A DNA stretch of 64,000 nt, taken from Vermamoeba vermiformis. Its lineage: Eukaryota. Positions 13,181-26,519 of the stretch are shown here, piece by piece. The position numbers and the translations under genes are program-made. The first letter of the stretch is position 1; each line of letters starts with the position of its first letter. Below the pieces are notes generated by a model that worked only from the letters and a program-made list of their open reading frames with translations, did no database searches and was not told where the DNA came from. The stretch spans positions 62,001 to 126,000 of the forward strand of contig JBEWZL010000193.1 of assembly GCA_045837725.1 (NCBI GenBank), given 5' to 3'.

Positions 13181-14799
13181 TCAAACCAACTTTGGCCGTT
13201 TATTTTCTCGTTCGTAACTGGCATCATCATTGTTCTTATTAGTATTATTTGAGCTTAATGAAATTTCTCCCTTCGCTTCCAAATTGGCAAAGAAATCTTT
13301 CATTTTTCTTTTTCGTTCATTTTTAATCTCGTCTTCACTCTTTTGTACGGTTGAATCTTCTTGCTTATTTGCATTAATATTTGATTTTGAACTCGAATTA
13401 TTCTTCTGGTCTTCAAAATACTGTCGTAACGGACTGTCCTCGTGAAAAAAATCAAAATTTTTGTTATCTTTTTCTTCGTTCCTCAGCGTTTCTTCGAATT
13501 TTTTGCCATATTTTCGTATTAATTTGACTACTATTTGAATAAATATCTTAATTTCGAACGGTGGATCGCTGATCTGAACAATTTTCTTCGGTACGAGTGC
13601 CACTTGCTCATTTTTCTTCCGTTCGTCTTGAATTTTCATTTGCTCTTGTACAATCTTCTCTAAATGCTGTCGCTTTTCTTCGTTAAATTTCTGCAATATT
13701 ACCATTTGCACCTGTTGCTGCTCGGGTTTCAGCAAAAATTCAAAGTACTGATGCAACGCATGATCGGGCTTTAAAAACGCTAATTTCTCGTTATTAGCCT
13801 GACTTTCTTTAAACTTTTCAATTTGCTCTTTGTTCGCTGTTTTGAAAAATTGGGCTGTTCGTTCAATAATTTTATTTTGCGCTTCGTCCTCAGGCTAAGG
13901 AAAAAATGCAATTAGCACGATATCTCTTTAATAAATTAACACAATATAATATTAGCTATACTTATCAATGCAGCAACTCGCAATTGACCTTATTTTTAGA
14001 AATAAAATTTTAGATCAAAAAATAAACTTACGACTCGCATGCCCAACGGCACTTCAATAGCAGGCCTCCATTTAATTATGGGCTCTTGAATAGGCTGCTT
14101 TAACTTTTCGTTCAAATTTGCTGTAAATTCGTTGACCGCTTTGAGATGTTGCGAGATATGCGTCAGATCTTCGTTTTCGACAAGACTCTTCAACATTTCT
14201 TCGGATACTTTTGCTTGATTTGACATTAATTCAGATATGTTTGTCGATAATTCTTGGAATTTTTTCATTATAATTTCTTTTTGGTCGATTGATGTTTGGA
14301 TCGGTTCTTGTTTTATCGTGATTTCTGTTATTGGCTTATCTAAGTCGTTCATATTATTAATTTCGCTATTCCTATCATTTATATTATCATTGTTATAGCT
14401 CCATCCAACCGTTTTGAAAGAACTATCGTTTTCGTTAGTAGATCGGCCATTCGTGCCTAGATCTTGATTTGATGAGAAATACGTGTCTCCTAATACGTTC
14501 ATAAAATCTTCATAACGATATATATCACAAAGATCTTCTTCGTATTTCTCATTGGGCTTTTGTTGCTGCCGCGACGAATCCGATCGACTTCGAACCAGAT
14601 CTTCCGTTGCCAATAATGCTCGTCCGTCATATTTATCCAATAATATGCCGTCCCACTCTATTAACAATGTCTCATTTATATCCTTGATTTGGTCGACGTC
14701 TTTTCCAGATCTTCGCAACTGGTTCAAGTATTGTGGGCTGAAAGACGTTAATTGCGCTTTTTTGCCTTTCAATTCTAATTCTTCGATTATTGAAGACAT
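13181..14799 (-). CDS. SFSWAP: Splicing factor suppressor-of-white-apricot homolog (DRY/EERY domain plus two SURP domains)
   Basis: LLDKYDGRALL and EEDLCDIYRYEDF motifs; SURP repeats (IIERTAQFF..FLKPDHALHQYFEF; YGKKFEETLR..FDFFHEDSPLRQYF). Confidence 0.8.
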
Positions 14800-16103
14800 T
14801 TCATGCTTAAAGAACTGTTAATAAAGCTTTCTGAACGGCAAACAAAATAATTAATTTATTAAACGCAGCGCAATAGACTCTATTTGATTGGCTTATTATT
14901 ATATGGTATTGGTGGATAATTTTAAAATTAAATTTGCCTTGCTTACAATTTCGTGTTGCGACAAACAAAGAAGAAGAAAATTTGTTTTGTTTTATTTACC
15001 TCAGACCACGCATTGCAGAGCACTAAGCTCACTTATTGCCACAATATAATTTTGGTCGTAAATATTTACGAGTATGATGTTATGCACATCTCACAACGAA
15101 AGCTTGTGAAAGAAAAAACAAGTGCTTGTGATGGTCCCATTGCAAAAGACCAATTGTCCGTATGAACACAATAGCACTACATAGTGAATATTATTCATAT
15201 TTTAATACGTCAGGTAAGTGACTAATTTGCATTGCAATTAATTTCGAGCTTAGATTTAACAACAAAATTGTATAGCGTCGTAATAAGACCAGAAAATGCT
15301 TCCAAAAAAAATACTTTAATTTATTCTAGCGAGAAATATCAAATATGTGCACATCTTCCTTGCTCTATTTTGAGAAGAGCAAGATGGCGCACTTTTGATC
15401 AAAAACAGTTTCCTGTTTTTCGTTTGTCGGCTTTCTGCCGATAATCCAATGACGTCAAGGGTCTGACCGATTCAACTTGTTGAAAATTAATGCGGATCTG
15501 TCATGGCTGGTTCACAATCGGAGCTTTCGTTTGATTTGTCGGCCGAACACCGCGTTGCAGATCCGGATCAATTTATGCACTTGAAATCATATCCTTTATA
15601 TACATATGTTCTACGCAACGTTAGCAATGCCTAACGGAGAACGCGAATGCGATCCAGATCACAAAATATCTGGATCTCGCTCTTTTTTGGACTTGCAATG
15701 ATACCATTCATTCACAAATGCATAGATATGTTGTTTTTGATATATTTTCATGAATTTAAATGCTGAGATCGATCTGGCGGCACATTAACCGATTTTTAAA
15801 TTTGCCTAATCCGTAGATCCACCAACAATTTTGAATCTACATTGAATATTTCCGTCTTAACGACATTTATATAATCATAAACAAGTATATTAACAGATTC
15901 TTAGTCCGTTTTAGTATGAGGTTGAGCGACAAAATCACATCGTAAAACTTTACGATTTTTTGTGATTCGAAACGAATTAAGTACGGTGTACACGCATGAA
16001 TTATTAGCGGCATATTTGCGCTGTTCAAAATTTTGCACGGTTTTTAATTTTTTCGCGTGCTGTTGGGCATTCCGTTTATTTATTTTCCAATATCGTACCA
16101 CAA

Positions 16104-19013
16104 ATGAACGGATCTGCAGTTGATGTTTATAATCCTCATAGTGTACGTCTATTTATTAATAATTGCGGTCTCGTATTGATCCTTTGTTTCAGATCTGCAC
16201 TTTATACGCTAAAATAGGCGATAAAAAGACTGGCGTATATAGAAAAAAATACAAATTTGCAAAGAAGAAATGTTTCTGGGGCAAGTGTTTCAAAATATTT
16301 AAATCAGGTCTAATGTCATATTAATATTTAGGCCATGCGTTTATCAATTGGTTACTACAAAATAAGAATGTCAAAGAACGATCTGAAGCACTTCGCGTAT
16401 GGATCTGATCTGCAATTTTTTTTGGATTATTCCCTTAAACTCACACAATTTAAATATTAAGTTTGGAAAGTTCTTATTGGACAACGAACTAGTACTATCA
16501 GTAGGCCCTGATATATCAGAGATTAAAGAGTCGGAGTTTTATTACTTCGCGAGTAAAGTACGTATTAACTTTTTAAATATAACAAAATTCTTATAATTTA
16601 AATTATATAGGAAAAATTCAACCATGGTACAGCTAAACCTTTTGAACGAGATGAATCTTTGGTGTCAGCTGGCAAAGCTGACAGCGCGGCACATAAGATC
16701 GACGATCTGGCAGGACTGCCGGAAGAATATCGGAAAATCTTAGCAAGCCGAAAAGAAGAGGCGGAGTTATCTCTCGAGGAAGAAGAAATTAAAGACGATT
16801 GGTCGGTCTGGCCGGACCCTGACTCCGATCTGAAATCCGATCTCTTCACTGAAAATTTGCCAATGAGCTCAACGTTGCCTGCTCGTACGTCAACTGGCAC
16901 ATACGATGCTTTATCACTCACTGCAGCCAACTACCGGTCAATGGGCGAGCAGTCATCAAAAATCGTATCTCCGCGGGAGATCCCTGTGACAGTGTCATCA
17001 GTACCGCCCACCAACGCATTGCCTAGCCAAGTAGTTCCGGCCAATACTAAGACCTCGCCACCTGCTGCTAAGAAATTCACAGTAATGTTGCAACCGGGAT
17101 TATACCAGCCCCCTATATTGTCGCCAAACCCACTCATTACACCGCCCAATGCCTCGCCCAACAACTCGCCGTACTCCACGCAAATATCACTCTCCCCGAC
17201 CTCGTCACGTGCTCCCTCCCCGCCACGCGCACCCTCACCACCACCATTTTCCTCGTCCTCAATGAGCCTGTCATATGTCCCGCCAAGAACAGCCGTTTCA
17301 GCGCCATCAACACCCAAAGGACCGCCACCAACAAACACGTGGGCGATGCCTGCGACACCTGGAAGAAATTCCGTGTCGGGCTATCCACCTTTGTCCAACG
17401 GATTGAGCCACAAAGTCGAGTCTTCAGACCACCGCAAGCCTGTCCACAAACTCGAGCCCATGCCCGAGCTGCTCTTTGAAGACTCGCCGTTCTCACCAAC
17501 AGAGTTCTTAAGCCCCTCATTGGCTCAATTAACGATCACGCCATCAGTGGCGAAAGAACCAGCCGTTAATGATAAACGCAAGATCTACGCTTCAGGAATG
17601 TTCGTTGTTGAAGACGTGGTGCGTGATAGACTTGGCGAAGGTAATTTTGGCGTGGCGTACTTGGCTAAAGAAGTTGAGACCGGTCGAAAGTGCGTCGTGA
17701 AAGAATTGAAACTTGGTGATGAAAGAGATGCAAAGTAAGTCAAAACGATAAGGCTTATTTGATGAACTTTATTAATGTTGATGTATTTCACAGGAGACGT
17801 CAGTTGTTTGGAGTTGAAATTGAGTTGAACAAGCGGTTAGGCAGTATTTGCCGAAGAATCCCGGAGTTATTGTACAGCGAGGAAATGTTCTTCGTTCAAG
17901 AATATATTCCAGGAGAAAGTCTCGATAAGATGAAAGGCACTTTTAAGCCCGCTCAAGTAGGACCAAAACCAAATTATCTTTTTAACAAAAATTAATTAAT
18001 TTTCCGTGGCAGGTTGTCAAGATGTTAAGTGATATCGCCGAAGTGATTAAAATATGTCACAGCGAAGGAATATTGCACCGCGACATTAAGCCAGGAAATA
18101 TTATCGCAAAGAAGACAGGCGCGGAAGAATTCAGTTTTTATCTGATCGATTTTGGCATCGCGAAGCAACTTCAGACTGACTCTTCAGTCTCTGGAACTAT
18201 GATAGGTATGTAGTAGCCGACAAGCACTATGACATATATTAATACTATGATATAGGAACACCTGCATATTTAGCTCCAGAGGTCGGAGTTATCGGTGCAA
18301 CATATGCCTCGGACATTTTCAGTCTCGGTGTGACAGCAATTCATTTGCTCATTGATCCCAGAAATGTTTCGGACCCAACAGTAAGTGTTAATAATAAGAT
18401 ATTGAAGACATTAATACTGATAATTTGCGGTAGCCAATGTCGTTATTGAAACATTTGTACCTTCACAAGACCATCGACTTTGAGCTATGTTTCGTGCTCT
18501 CGAAGATGATTGAATTCGATCCCAAGATGCGAGTAGGTAGTTGCATGCACCTACAAGACCTTTGCAAGTCATATATGAAGTGGGCTTCATTACGTAAGTA
18601 GATCCAGGCTTCAAAACATCTAGGTTTGAAATAACATTTTTTTCGCAGCCAAATACAGCGCACTTGAATATTTCGCCGGAGATAGGCCTAATCTTAAAAT
18701 ATATAAGGTACTTGTATTATAATATTTCTAGTAGGCTCGTAGCTTACCGTTTTATAGGGCGATGTTGTTGCGGTGCTGGATTCGAGTCAGCCTTCTTGGC
18801 TATGCATTTGCCGCGGAATGACAGGATATGTTCCAAAAGAGAAGCTCGTGAATATCAATAATACTGCCACAGCCAATCATACAGCAGTTGGTACGCATTA
18901 GACATTAATACACCCGGATCGTTTAATTTTTATTTATTTGTAAATCTGTAAATATTATTGCGAATATCAAACGATATATTTTATAAATAGCGTTAGAATT
19001 TTGTTATGAATAA
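16104..19013 (+). CDS. Protein with DEP domain, proline-rich region, Ser/Thr kinase and SH3 domain (multi-exon)
   Basis: DEP: KCFWGHAFINWLLQ..RSEALRFGKFLLDNELV..EFYYF. Kinase: LGEGNFGVAY, VVKEL, LHRDIKPGNI, LIDFGIAK, GTPAYLAPE, SDIFSLG. SH3: YSALEYFAG..LKIYKGDVVAVLDSSQPSWLCICRGMTGYVPKEKL. Terminal exon 18991..19013 is less certain. Confidence 0.8.
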
Positions 19014-19226
19014 TATTAAGGCTTTTCCTTTTGCTAAAACGGACGGGACGTCTCGTGTACTGAACGGATCTTCCTTGCGCCGTTTCGATAATCATACATT
19101 TAATAACATGACTTTAATATAATGCGAATAATTCATTATAAAACGCTATTGCAACACTTGTATTTGCACGTGTGGATTCGTATGTGATTCGGGTGCTTTT
19201 TCTTCGGCAAAATACAAACGCGCCAC

Positions 19227-21766
19227 ATGAAACTTGAAACACCACAACAAAGGAAATCTAAACAATCTGTCATGAGTTGGCATATTATTGATATCAATAA
19301 TCCTGGAAATGTAAGCGGATATGACATAAATTTGAACTAATTTGTTGAACATTAGATCCAGATCTTATTTGACCGTTTGAATGATCCAAAAGTCGGTGTA
19401 TACAAACAACTATACGACTTTTGTGAATACGAATGCTTTGGGGTTCGTAATTTATAATTTGACGCCGCTTTTATAATTTTTATTAATGATCTTGATCCAG
19501 GTTACGCCATTCTCAACTGGATTGAAGAAAATACTAATGCAAAGAACAGAAAAGAGGCGAATAATGTAAACTATTAATTAATATGCTTCAAAAACGAATA
19601 TCCGGCTCACTTTTCGTATTTAGTTCGGTAATTTCCTTTTTTACAATCATTACATCTTGGCGGCCCAACCGGGCATCAAAGAGCTTGAAGAATCGAATTT
19701 TTATTATTTAGCTAGCAGGGTAAGCCCTTATTCCCCCTTCATACAATAATTTATCATGACATTATTAACGATTCACACATCCAGGACAAGTGGAACGGAA
19801 ACACTTCCCAAAACTTTGAAAAAAACATTGTATATACACCACGATCATATTTAGAGACATTAGATGATTACGAGGATGACACGGAAAATGACATTTTGAC
19901 ACGCGAAGTGCGCCACGAATTGTCAGATGTCAACAATGACACCTCACTACACGACCTATCATCGTCCAACTGCTCAAATGCATCCACCGATATTTCAATG
20001 AACTCATTTATGCTCGATCCACCTTCGGATGTCGCATCTAGTCCTTTTGAACCTTGGAACGACGTAATGGACGGAACATTCATTAGCGTGCCTAAAATTG
20101 ATACGCCAAGTACACCAATGCCTGAAATAACACGAGTATCAACGCGAACTTCATCGATTAGAATCACAGCACGGTCAGACAGCGATGGAATCTCCGTGCA
20201 ATCTCCCGTTCAAACAGCGGATCCAACGAACGTCATTCAAAGAGCTAATAACAATACTCAGTGGATACCATTAAATAAGAGTAGTAATGGAGCGCTAAAG
20301 ACAAGTCGATTGACGCTAACCCGAGAATTAAACGAACTAAAAACGAGTCAGATCTGGCGCAGGAGCACTCCAACGCATATTTCAACAATGAACAAAAAGA
20401 TTGTACGGCTAAGTCATTATAGACGATTTAAACGAGTGCTTTAAAAGACCAATCAATTAACACGAAGCTGCAACCACGTTTTTTCATTCTATTACAATTG
20501 CTAAGTCAATACTCCGAACTGACGGTCAAAGTATAACATTTTCATATATTAAGAGCAAATTCTTAAGATCTAAGCTCCGTTAAATTAAACTTCCATAAAA
20601 GGAAAAAAATCTCAAACAGATTTTTAAGGGTACCACACAATCAATCGAAATCAATATTATTCAATTGAAATTATACATAACCACAATGGATATGAAAATT
20701 TATCAAAGTATCGTTGTGATTGGATCCATTGCAGAATGCAGAAAATGGATGCACTTCATTAAGTCGGTCCCAGATTACGCTACTTCTTCGCAAGTGACTA
20801 GAGGTTGGGTTAAATATGTTCAACAACCTACTACTACACCTACTTCATCTATGATGAGTCAGTTTTTTGACCTACAACGAGTTGCAGCAGCAAGGGTAAT
20901 ATAAAAAAATCTCCATTTGATTGCTTAATTAAAAATGGCACTAAAATTACTTAGAAATTACATAATTAATTATTTTTGCTTGTTTTTCTTACCTTTTTGT
21001 ATTAATAGACGCTCGCTCTATTTGAAAACGGAGAATTATCCACAGAAGTGCTGCAGTCAATGGATAACGAGCTGTTGAAGCTAGTAGTGCGCGCTATACC
21101 CCTCGTGGCACCTACCGCTGAAACAGATCCGACGCCCTACGATCAAGCAGGTCGGATCGCGTTTGTGAAATCTCCATGGAAAATTAATTTTGAGCCACGC
21201 TTTGCCTTAACCGAAACAATTAGTAAACTACGCAAAGTGAGTAACATTAACTATATTTATCGAAACCAAACTTCATACTAAGTGAATATACAGGATCTCG
21301 ATCCAAATTGGGCAGACGATCTCTTCAACGAGCCAATGATCCTTAATTTCGAGTTTTGTAACCGATCTATGCCTAGACCTACTCAATTAATCGCACTTAT
21401 GCAACGAGAAAATATTAACGTGAGCATTGTTGGCCGAACAAGCTGCGAATGGGAAAACGAGCGAACAAATCTGGAATTGAATTCATTTACGCGAGTATTT
21501 GTGATTGAAAAACAACAATTAGTTCATCAGTAAGTATTTAAATCTCATATAGATGCTTTTTTAGGGGATTGAACTAAGATCCATATTTTAGACGATCCGA
21601 TCTACCTCAGAGAATTGAACCTGAGGATCATATTCTGCTCAATACATTCGGCGGATTGTTGAGAGGCTATAATGACATTAGCGCACTGCAAAGTAACGAT
21701 AGAACTGAATTTTCATCCGCGATCGGACAATTCAAGCAGTTTTACAGCCAACGACCGCAACTGTAG
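19227..21766 (+). CDS. DEP-domain protein with a low-complexity middle and a possible PH-like segment
   Basis: IQILFDRLNDPKVGV..ECF..YAILNWIEENT..RKEANNFGNFLFYNHYI..NFYYL. Downstream exons chain to TAG at 21764-21766. Whether this is one gene is not fully certain. Confidence 0.6.
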
Positions 21767-21942
21767 CCACATTTATAAGCATGTAAATATTATTACTACC
21801 CTCTCTACAACTTAAGGCGAACCTCTATATAATTGATGCCGAAAAAAAGTTCGCTACGGATGTTAGGTACAAAAGTATTTGCTAAAATAATTTTTAGTTT
21901 GAATCCACGAAATTTATTCTGATAATAATTACTACTGATAGA

Positions 21943-23675
21943 TTAATTCACCACGTTGTCATCAACGAGTTCGTAAGCGGCAGATTTCTTCGAACACTTG
22001 TTAACAACCAGCACAACCACTGCTAGGATGACGCCTACTGAAAGAATGACAATAAGAGCCCAGACCCATCCTTACAGGGGGCTGTTGCTGCAAGTCTCGC
22101 CACTGAATCCAGAATCGCAAGTACATTTTCCGAGAAAATCACACGCGCCATGACCAGAGCACGTGGTGTTCGAGAGACAATAGACCGAACAATCAGGCGA
22201 GTAGTAATTCGCATCGCAAATGCACGTGCCATTCAACTTGTCGCAGTAACCGTTCTGACATGAATGACACTGTTGATTGCATTGAGGTCCGTAGTACCCT
22301 TGCTGACACACGCACGAGTCACCATCGCACTTGCCAAAGATACATTTGGTTGCATTACAGTGACACTGCCCTTGTCCATCACAATCACCGTACGAACACG
22401 TTTGAGGACCGCAGTACTTGTTGCACCGGTAGCCGTAATAGTACTTGTCACACACACAATAACCGTTCCTATCACAAGCACCATGGCCCTGACAAGAATC
22501 AGGACCGCAGTACTTGTCGCACCAGCGACCATAGTACTCAGGGTCGCAGTCACACAGCCCTGTGCGATTGCTGCATGTGCCGTGCTCGCACTGGTGCCCC
22601 CATTCAGTGATGCATTCCGTGTACTGACAGTACTCGCCGTAATGCCCATTGTAACAAATACACGTGCCATTCGATGAGCATGTGCCGTGGCCATGGCACG
22701 TGTCCGTGTCGCAGCTGATTTCACAATGCTACAGAATTGTTATTTTTTTTCGTTTCAACAATAGATCGAGCATACAGATCCGTAATAACCAATCATACAA
22801 TCGCACGTGCCATTTGAGGGGCAATATCCATGTCCGTTGCACGTATCGTACATCTCACAATATTTAGAGCAATCCTATTGATCACGTTTGTTAGAAGAAA
22901 AGGTTTCAAAAGCTCAGTTTTTTTTTCTTGTAATTTCGGCATTCATTACCTCGCCATAGTAATGTTTATCGCAAAGGCAGGAACCATCCCACGCACTACA
23001 ACGCCCATGCCCATTACAAGTCTCATTGGCAGTGCAGTAGGAACAATTAAAACCAAAGTAGTCTTGTTCGCACAGACATTCGCCGGTAGTTGTGTTGCAG
23101 TAAGAATGAATACTATTGTGAAGGTACACGCAGAATTCGGTTCCATTTTGCTTGTGCCGGCAGTCCCGATCTTAGAAATAAAAATTTAGCCTTGTAGGTA
23201 CTTTTTTTTGAGCTAAAATGTTTGTAATAAGAAAAAAATTGAGTAGTATGTTGTACCATATATATTTAGATCTATTTCCAATGTAGCGTGGTCACCATTC
23301 TCATTCGTTACTTCGAGTGCGCAGGATTCGTTTACGGATTGGGTGAAAATGGAAGTATTTACGGTGATAAAAGCATCTATCCAGTGGGGATCCCCGGTAA
23401 ATCTTTTTGAAATGCCCAAACCTGAAATTAGAATATTTAGAATTGTGCTAGTATTTTTCGGATTTGTAAGATCCGTTACATGTTCGCTTACAATCCCCTG
23501 TAAATGTCCAATTCGTTATATTGGAATCGGTTCTTAGCAATACTTGCTTAGTATAGCTCAGATCTCCATTGGGGAGATAGAGATCCTTTTGGATCGTCGG
23601 TGGACTCCATTGGAGCAACGATTGCCCATCCTGGATTACCACTACTAATAATAAACCAATCAGCAATCGTTGCAT
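21943..23675 (-). CDS. EGF-like repeat surface protein (signal peptide, tandem EGF repeats, TM helix) with an in-frame TAA at 22072-22074
   Basis: Signal peptide MQRLLIGLLLVVV; repeats such as CSGHGACDFLGKCTCDSGFSGETC; the same frame continues past TAA as GWVWALIVILSVGVILAVVVLVVNKCSKKSAAYELVDDNVVN*. Confidence 0.8.
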
Positions 23676-23928
23676 CTTTAAACGTGATGAAGATATAAGA
23701 AACACGATTTGTAGCAAAGAAATTGTACCAAAAAAAGTTAAAAAATTGATTAACGGAAGCCTTTCGGAAAAAAAAACGAAATCTATTTAAATCAAATAAA
23801 ACTTTCATATTGGGGTTATAGAGTATCGGCCCATTGACAAATTGTATTGAATAATCATTATTTTTAAAAATTGAAAATCTCGAGATCGATCCAACGAAAC
23901 AGCATTAAAAAAAACATCTTACCGAGCT

Positions 23929-25841
23929 TTATTGTGGGTTTAGTAAAAGAGATAACCACCAATGACATTTCTTACGTCGGTGTTCTTGGTTCAATGTTGG
24001 TAAGGGCACATCCACATCCAAAAAGCTCGGCATAACGATGAACTTGTACGGCGTCCAATTAATCCCATAATTATTCTTAGAAGGATCGCCGTAGACATGG
24101 AACGAGGTCCACAGGTCCACTATTTGCTGCGACAACAGTTCTTCAGAGCTGTCAAACATTGTGGCATCAAAGTTGTTGTGAAACACGTAGGCCAGTTCTG
24201 CTTCGTGCGTGGCGTTCAGTGCACGGTACTTCCAGTTGTGCGTGTGGTGCGTGAACAAGTAGCTGTACACTGTCGTGTCCAAATTCTCCGACAAGTACTG
24301 CACCGCAAAGTAGGTCCCGCACGTAATGTAGTAGTCGCGCATGATGGCTGACATGGCTAGCCAGTAGCCCTGCTCGTCAATGACATCTTGGTACGCCACT
24401 GATTCACTGGGCAAGGCGTACATGTTCACATACGTGTTGAACGTGCTGGCATTGAGCGACATGCTGGGCACCAAGTTGTACGCGAAGAGATTGCCCTCTT
24501 GGTCTGTTTGACCGAAGATGATGCGGCCTGGACGATTTTGACCGTGTTGAATGAGTGCGAGAGGCGTGTCCAAGAGCTGCACGTCATCGATGACTGGCAG
24601 CGCAATCACGTGGTGTTGGAGCAGTTGTAAAATATCTCGGGAAGGCAAGGCACGCAAGCACGTGACTAACTCGGCATCTGTTTGATTTGCTGACTGACAC
24701 ATGTTCGCTTGTTTGATACTGCAAATGACACGTGTCAACTACAAGAAAAGTACGTGACACGCAAAGTTTCACGAATACTGTGACTGACTTACGCTTGCAC
24801 ATTCAAGCTCGAGACTTTTTGCGCTGTGAAAAAGGTCCACGGCCCAGCACTCTGAATGACACTCGTGTCAAACAGTGACCAGGACTGCGGCATCAAGTTG
24901 TGCAACAGCACTGACATGCCACCAGCTGACTCGCCGTTAATCATGACTTTATCAGGATTACCTAATATAGCAATCAATATGAGTATTACTACATTTGGAA
25001 ATATCACGTGACTGTTACCTCCAAACATGCCAATGTTTTGCTGAATCCATTTCAAAGCGAATTGTTGATCTAAAAGCCCGTAATTGAGCGTAGTACTTTC
25101 TTGAATAAGACCTGGCAGCACCATAAACCCAAATATATTGACTCTATAATTTATAGTCACTATAATCGACTGCGAATAGTTGCTTAAAGACGCAGATTCG
25201 TAAATTTGACCAGATCCGCCGTAAAATCCACCTCCCTGGATTAATATAAATCAACTAAGCCCTATTGTTTAGTCTATATTAACTTACGTGTATCCACACG
25301 CGCACTGGTAATTTCGAATTAGGCGTCGCGGTTGCAGGGCGATAAACGTTCAGATACCTAAAAATAAGTCAATTAGATCGCGCAATTTCATTAATTATAC
25401 TATCATATTATTAATATATAAATGCTTACAAGCAGTCTTCACTTTGATGGAGTTCGTAGTTGCCAAACGGACCTGCTTGATAACAAGCCGATCTGAAATA
25501 CGAAGCATCGTAGGTACCATTAAACTGGTCAGGATATACTGGAGCCTATTATAATAACAATGATTAATATTATTTAAGGCATAATCTGTTGAATGATTGA
25601 CGTACTTGCCAACGCAGGTCTCCGATCGGTGGATTCGCGTAAGGAATGCCTAAGAACTGGTCGACAACACCGTCCGTCGTGCCAATTAATATGCCTTGAT
25701 TGATTTTCACAATTGGCTCGCTATAAAGGTCTTAGTATTAATTATTAAGGCTGAACAAAATGCAGATTTGAAAGTTTACCTTCTTGCGACAGCTAGTAGG
25801 ACTGTAATAAATACAATTCGATATAGTACTGAAAGGCTCAT
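23929..25841 (-). CDS. Secreted type-B carboxylesterase (alpha/beta hydrolase)
   Basis: FLGIPYANPPIGDLRW, SEDCLYLNV, VTINYR, NYGLLDQQFALKW, nucleophile motif GESAGG, catalytic His in ATHEAELAYVF; N-terminal signal peptide. Confidence 0.92.
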
Positions 25842-26519
25842 GATTAACACTTAAACGACTGCAAGAACAGGAATAAATGACAAAAGATATTTATTTCCTG
25901 TTTTTTCAGCAAAAGCGAAAGGACGAATTGGTGCTAGAATTTCTATCAGCAATTAGCTTGCATATTTACTGAGTATTTTCGATAATAAATAATACCTTGA
26001 TCTACCCAAAAACAGTTCGCGCCAAATTTAATTTTGACCGTTGCGGCAGATCTAGCGAATCAATGCCACGAACCAATGACAATACTATTGCATATTAATA
26101 AACAACCTCTTGTGTGCTGAAGCAAGCGTAAATTTACGAAAAGATTTTTTCGGATGAAAGTCAGAAACTTCGCGACCAAACAGCGAAAATTTCTGGCTTG
26201 ATTTTTCACGGCAGACTTATTTGATCAAAGTAAATTAACCGCTACTATAAGACTAGCACAATGCAGGTACGCTAATCGAAGCTTGAAATTGAAAAAATAA
26301 TAGATCCGTTGTAAAATATTCGTGATGGCTCTAATAATTATCCGAATATTATAGAATACTATTGTATCACCCCCTAAGGCTCCTTCCTTGAAAGAATGTA
26401 AGCAAAATTGATTATTATCGCCGCATCTGGCGATTCTCAGACTTTTACCAGGATGGCGAGAACAAAATAACGCAATTTAATTTAATTATCGTGCTATTAT
26501 TTATATAATATTATTAGTA

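Noticed and set aside
14822..16100. Short ORFs and a splice-donor-like site between SFSWAP and the DEP kinase
   Set aside because: No coherent exon chain or recognisable protein; treated as a divergent promoter/UTR region.
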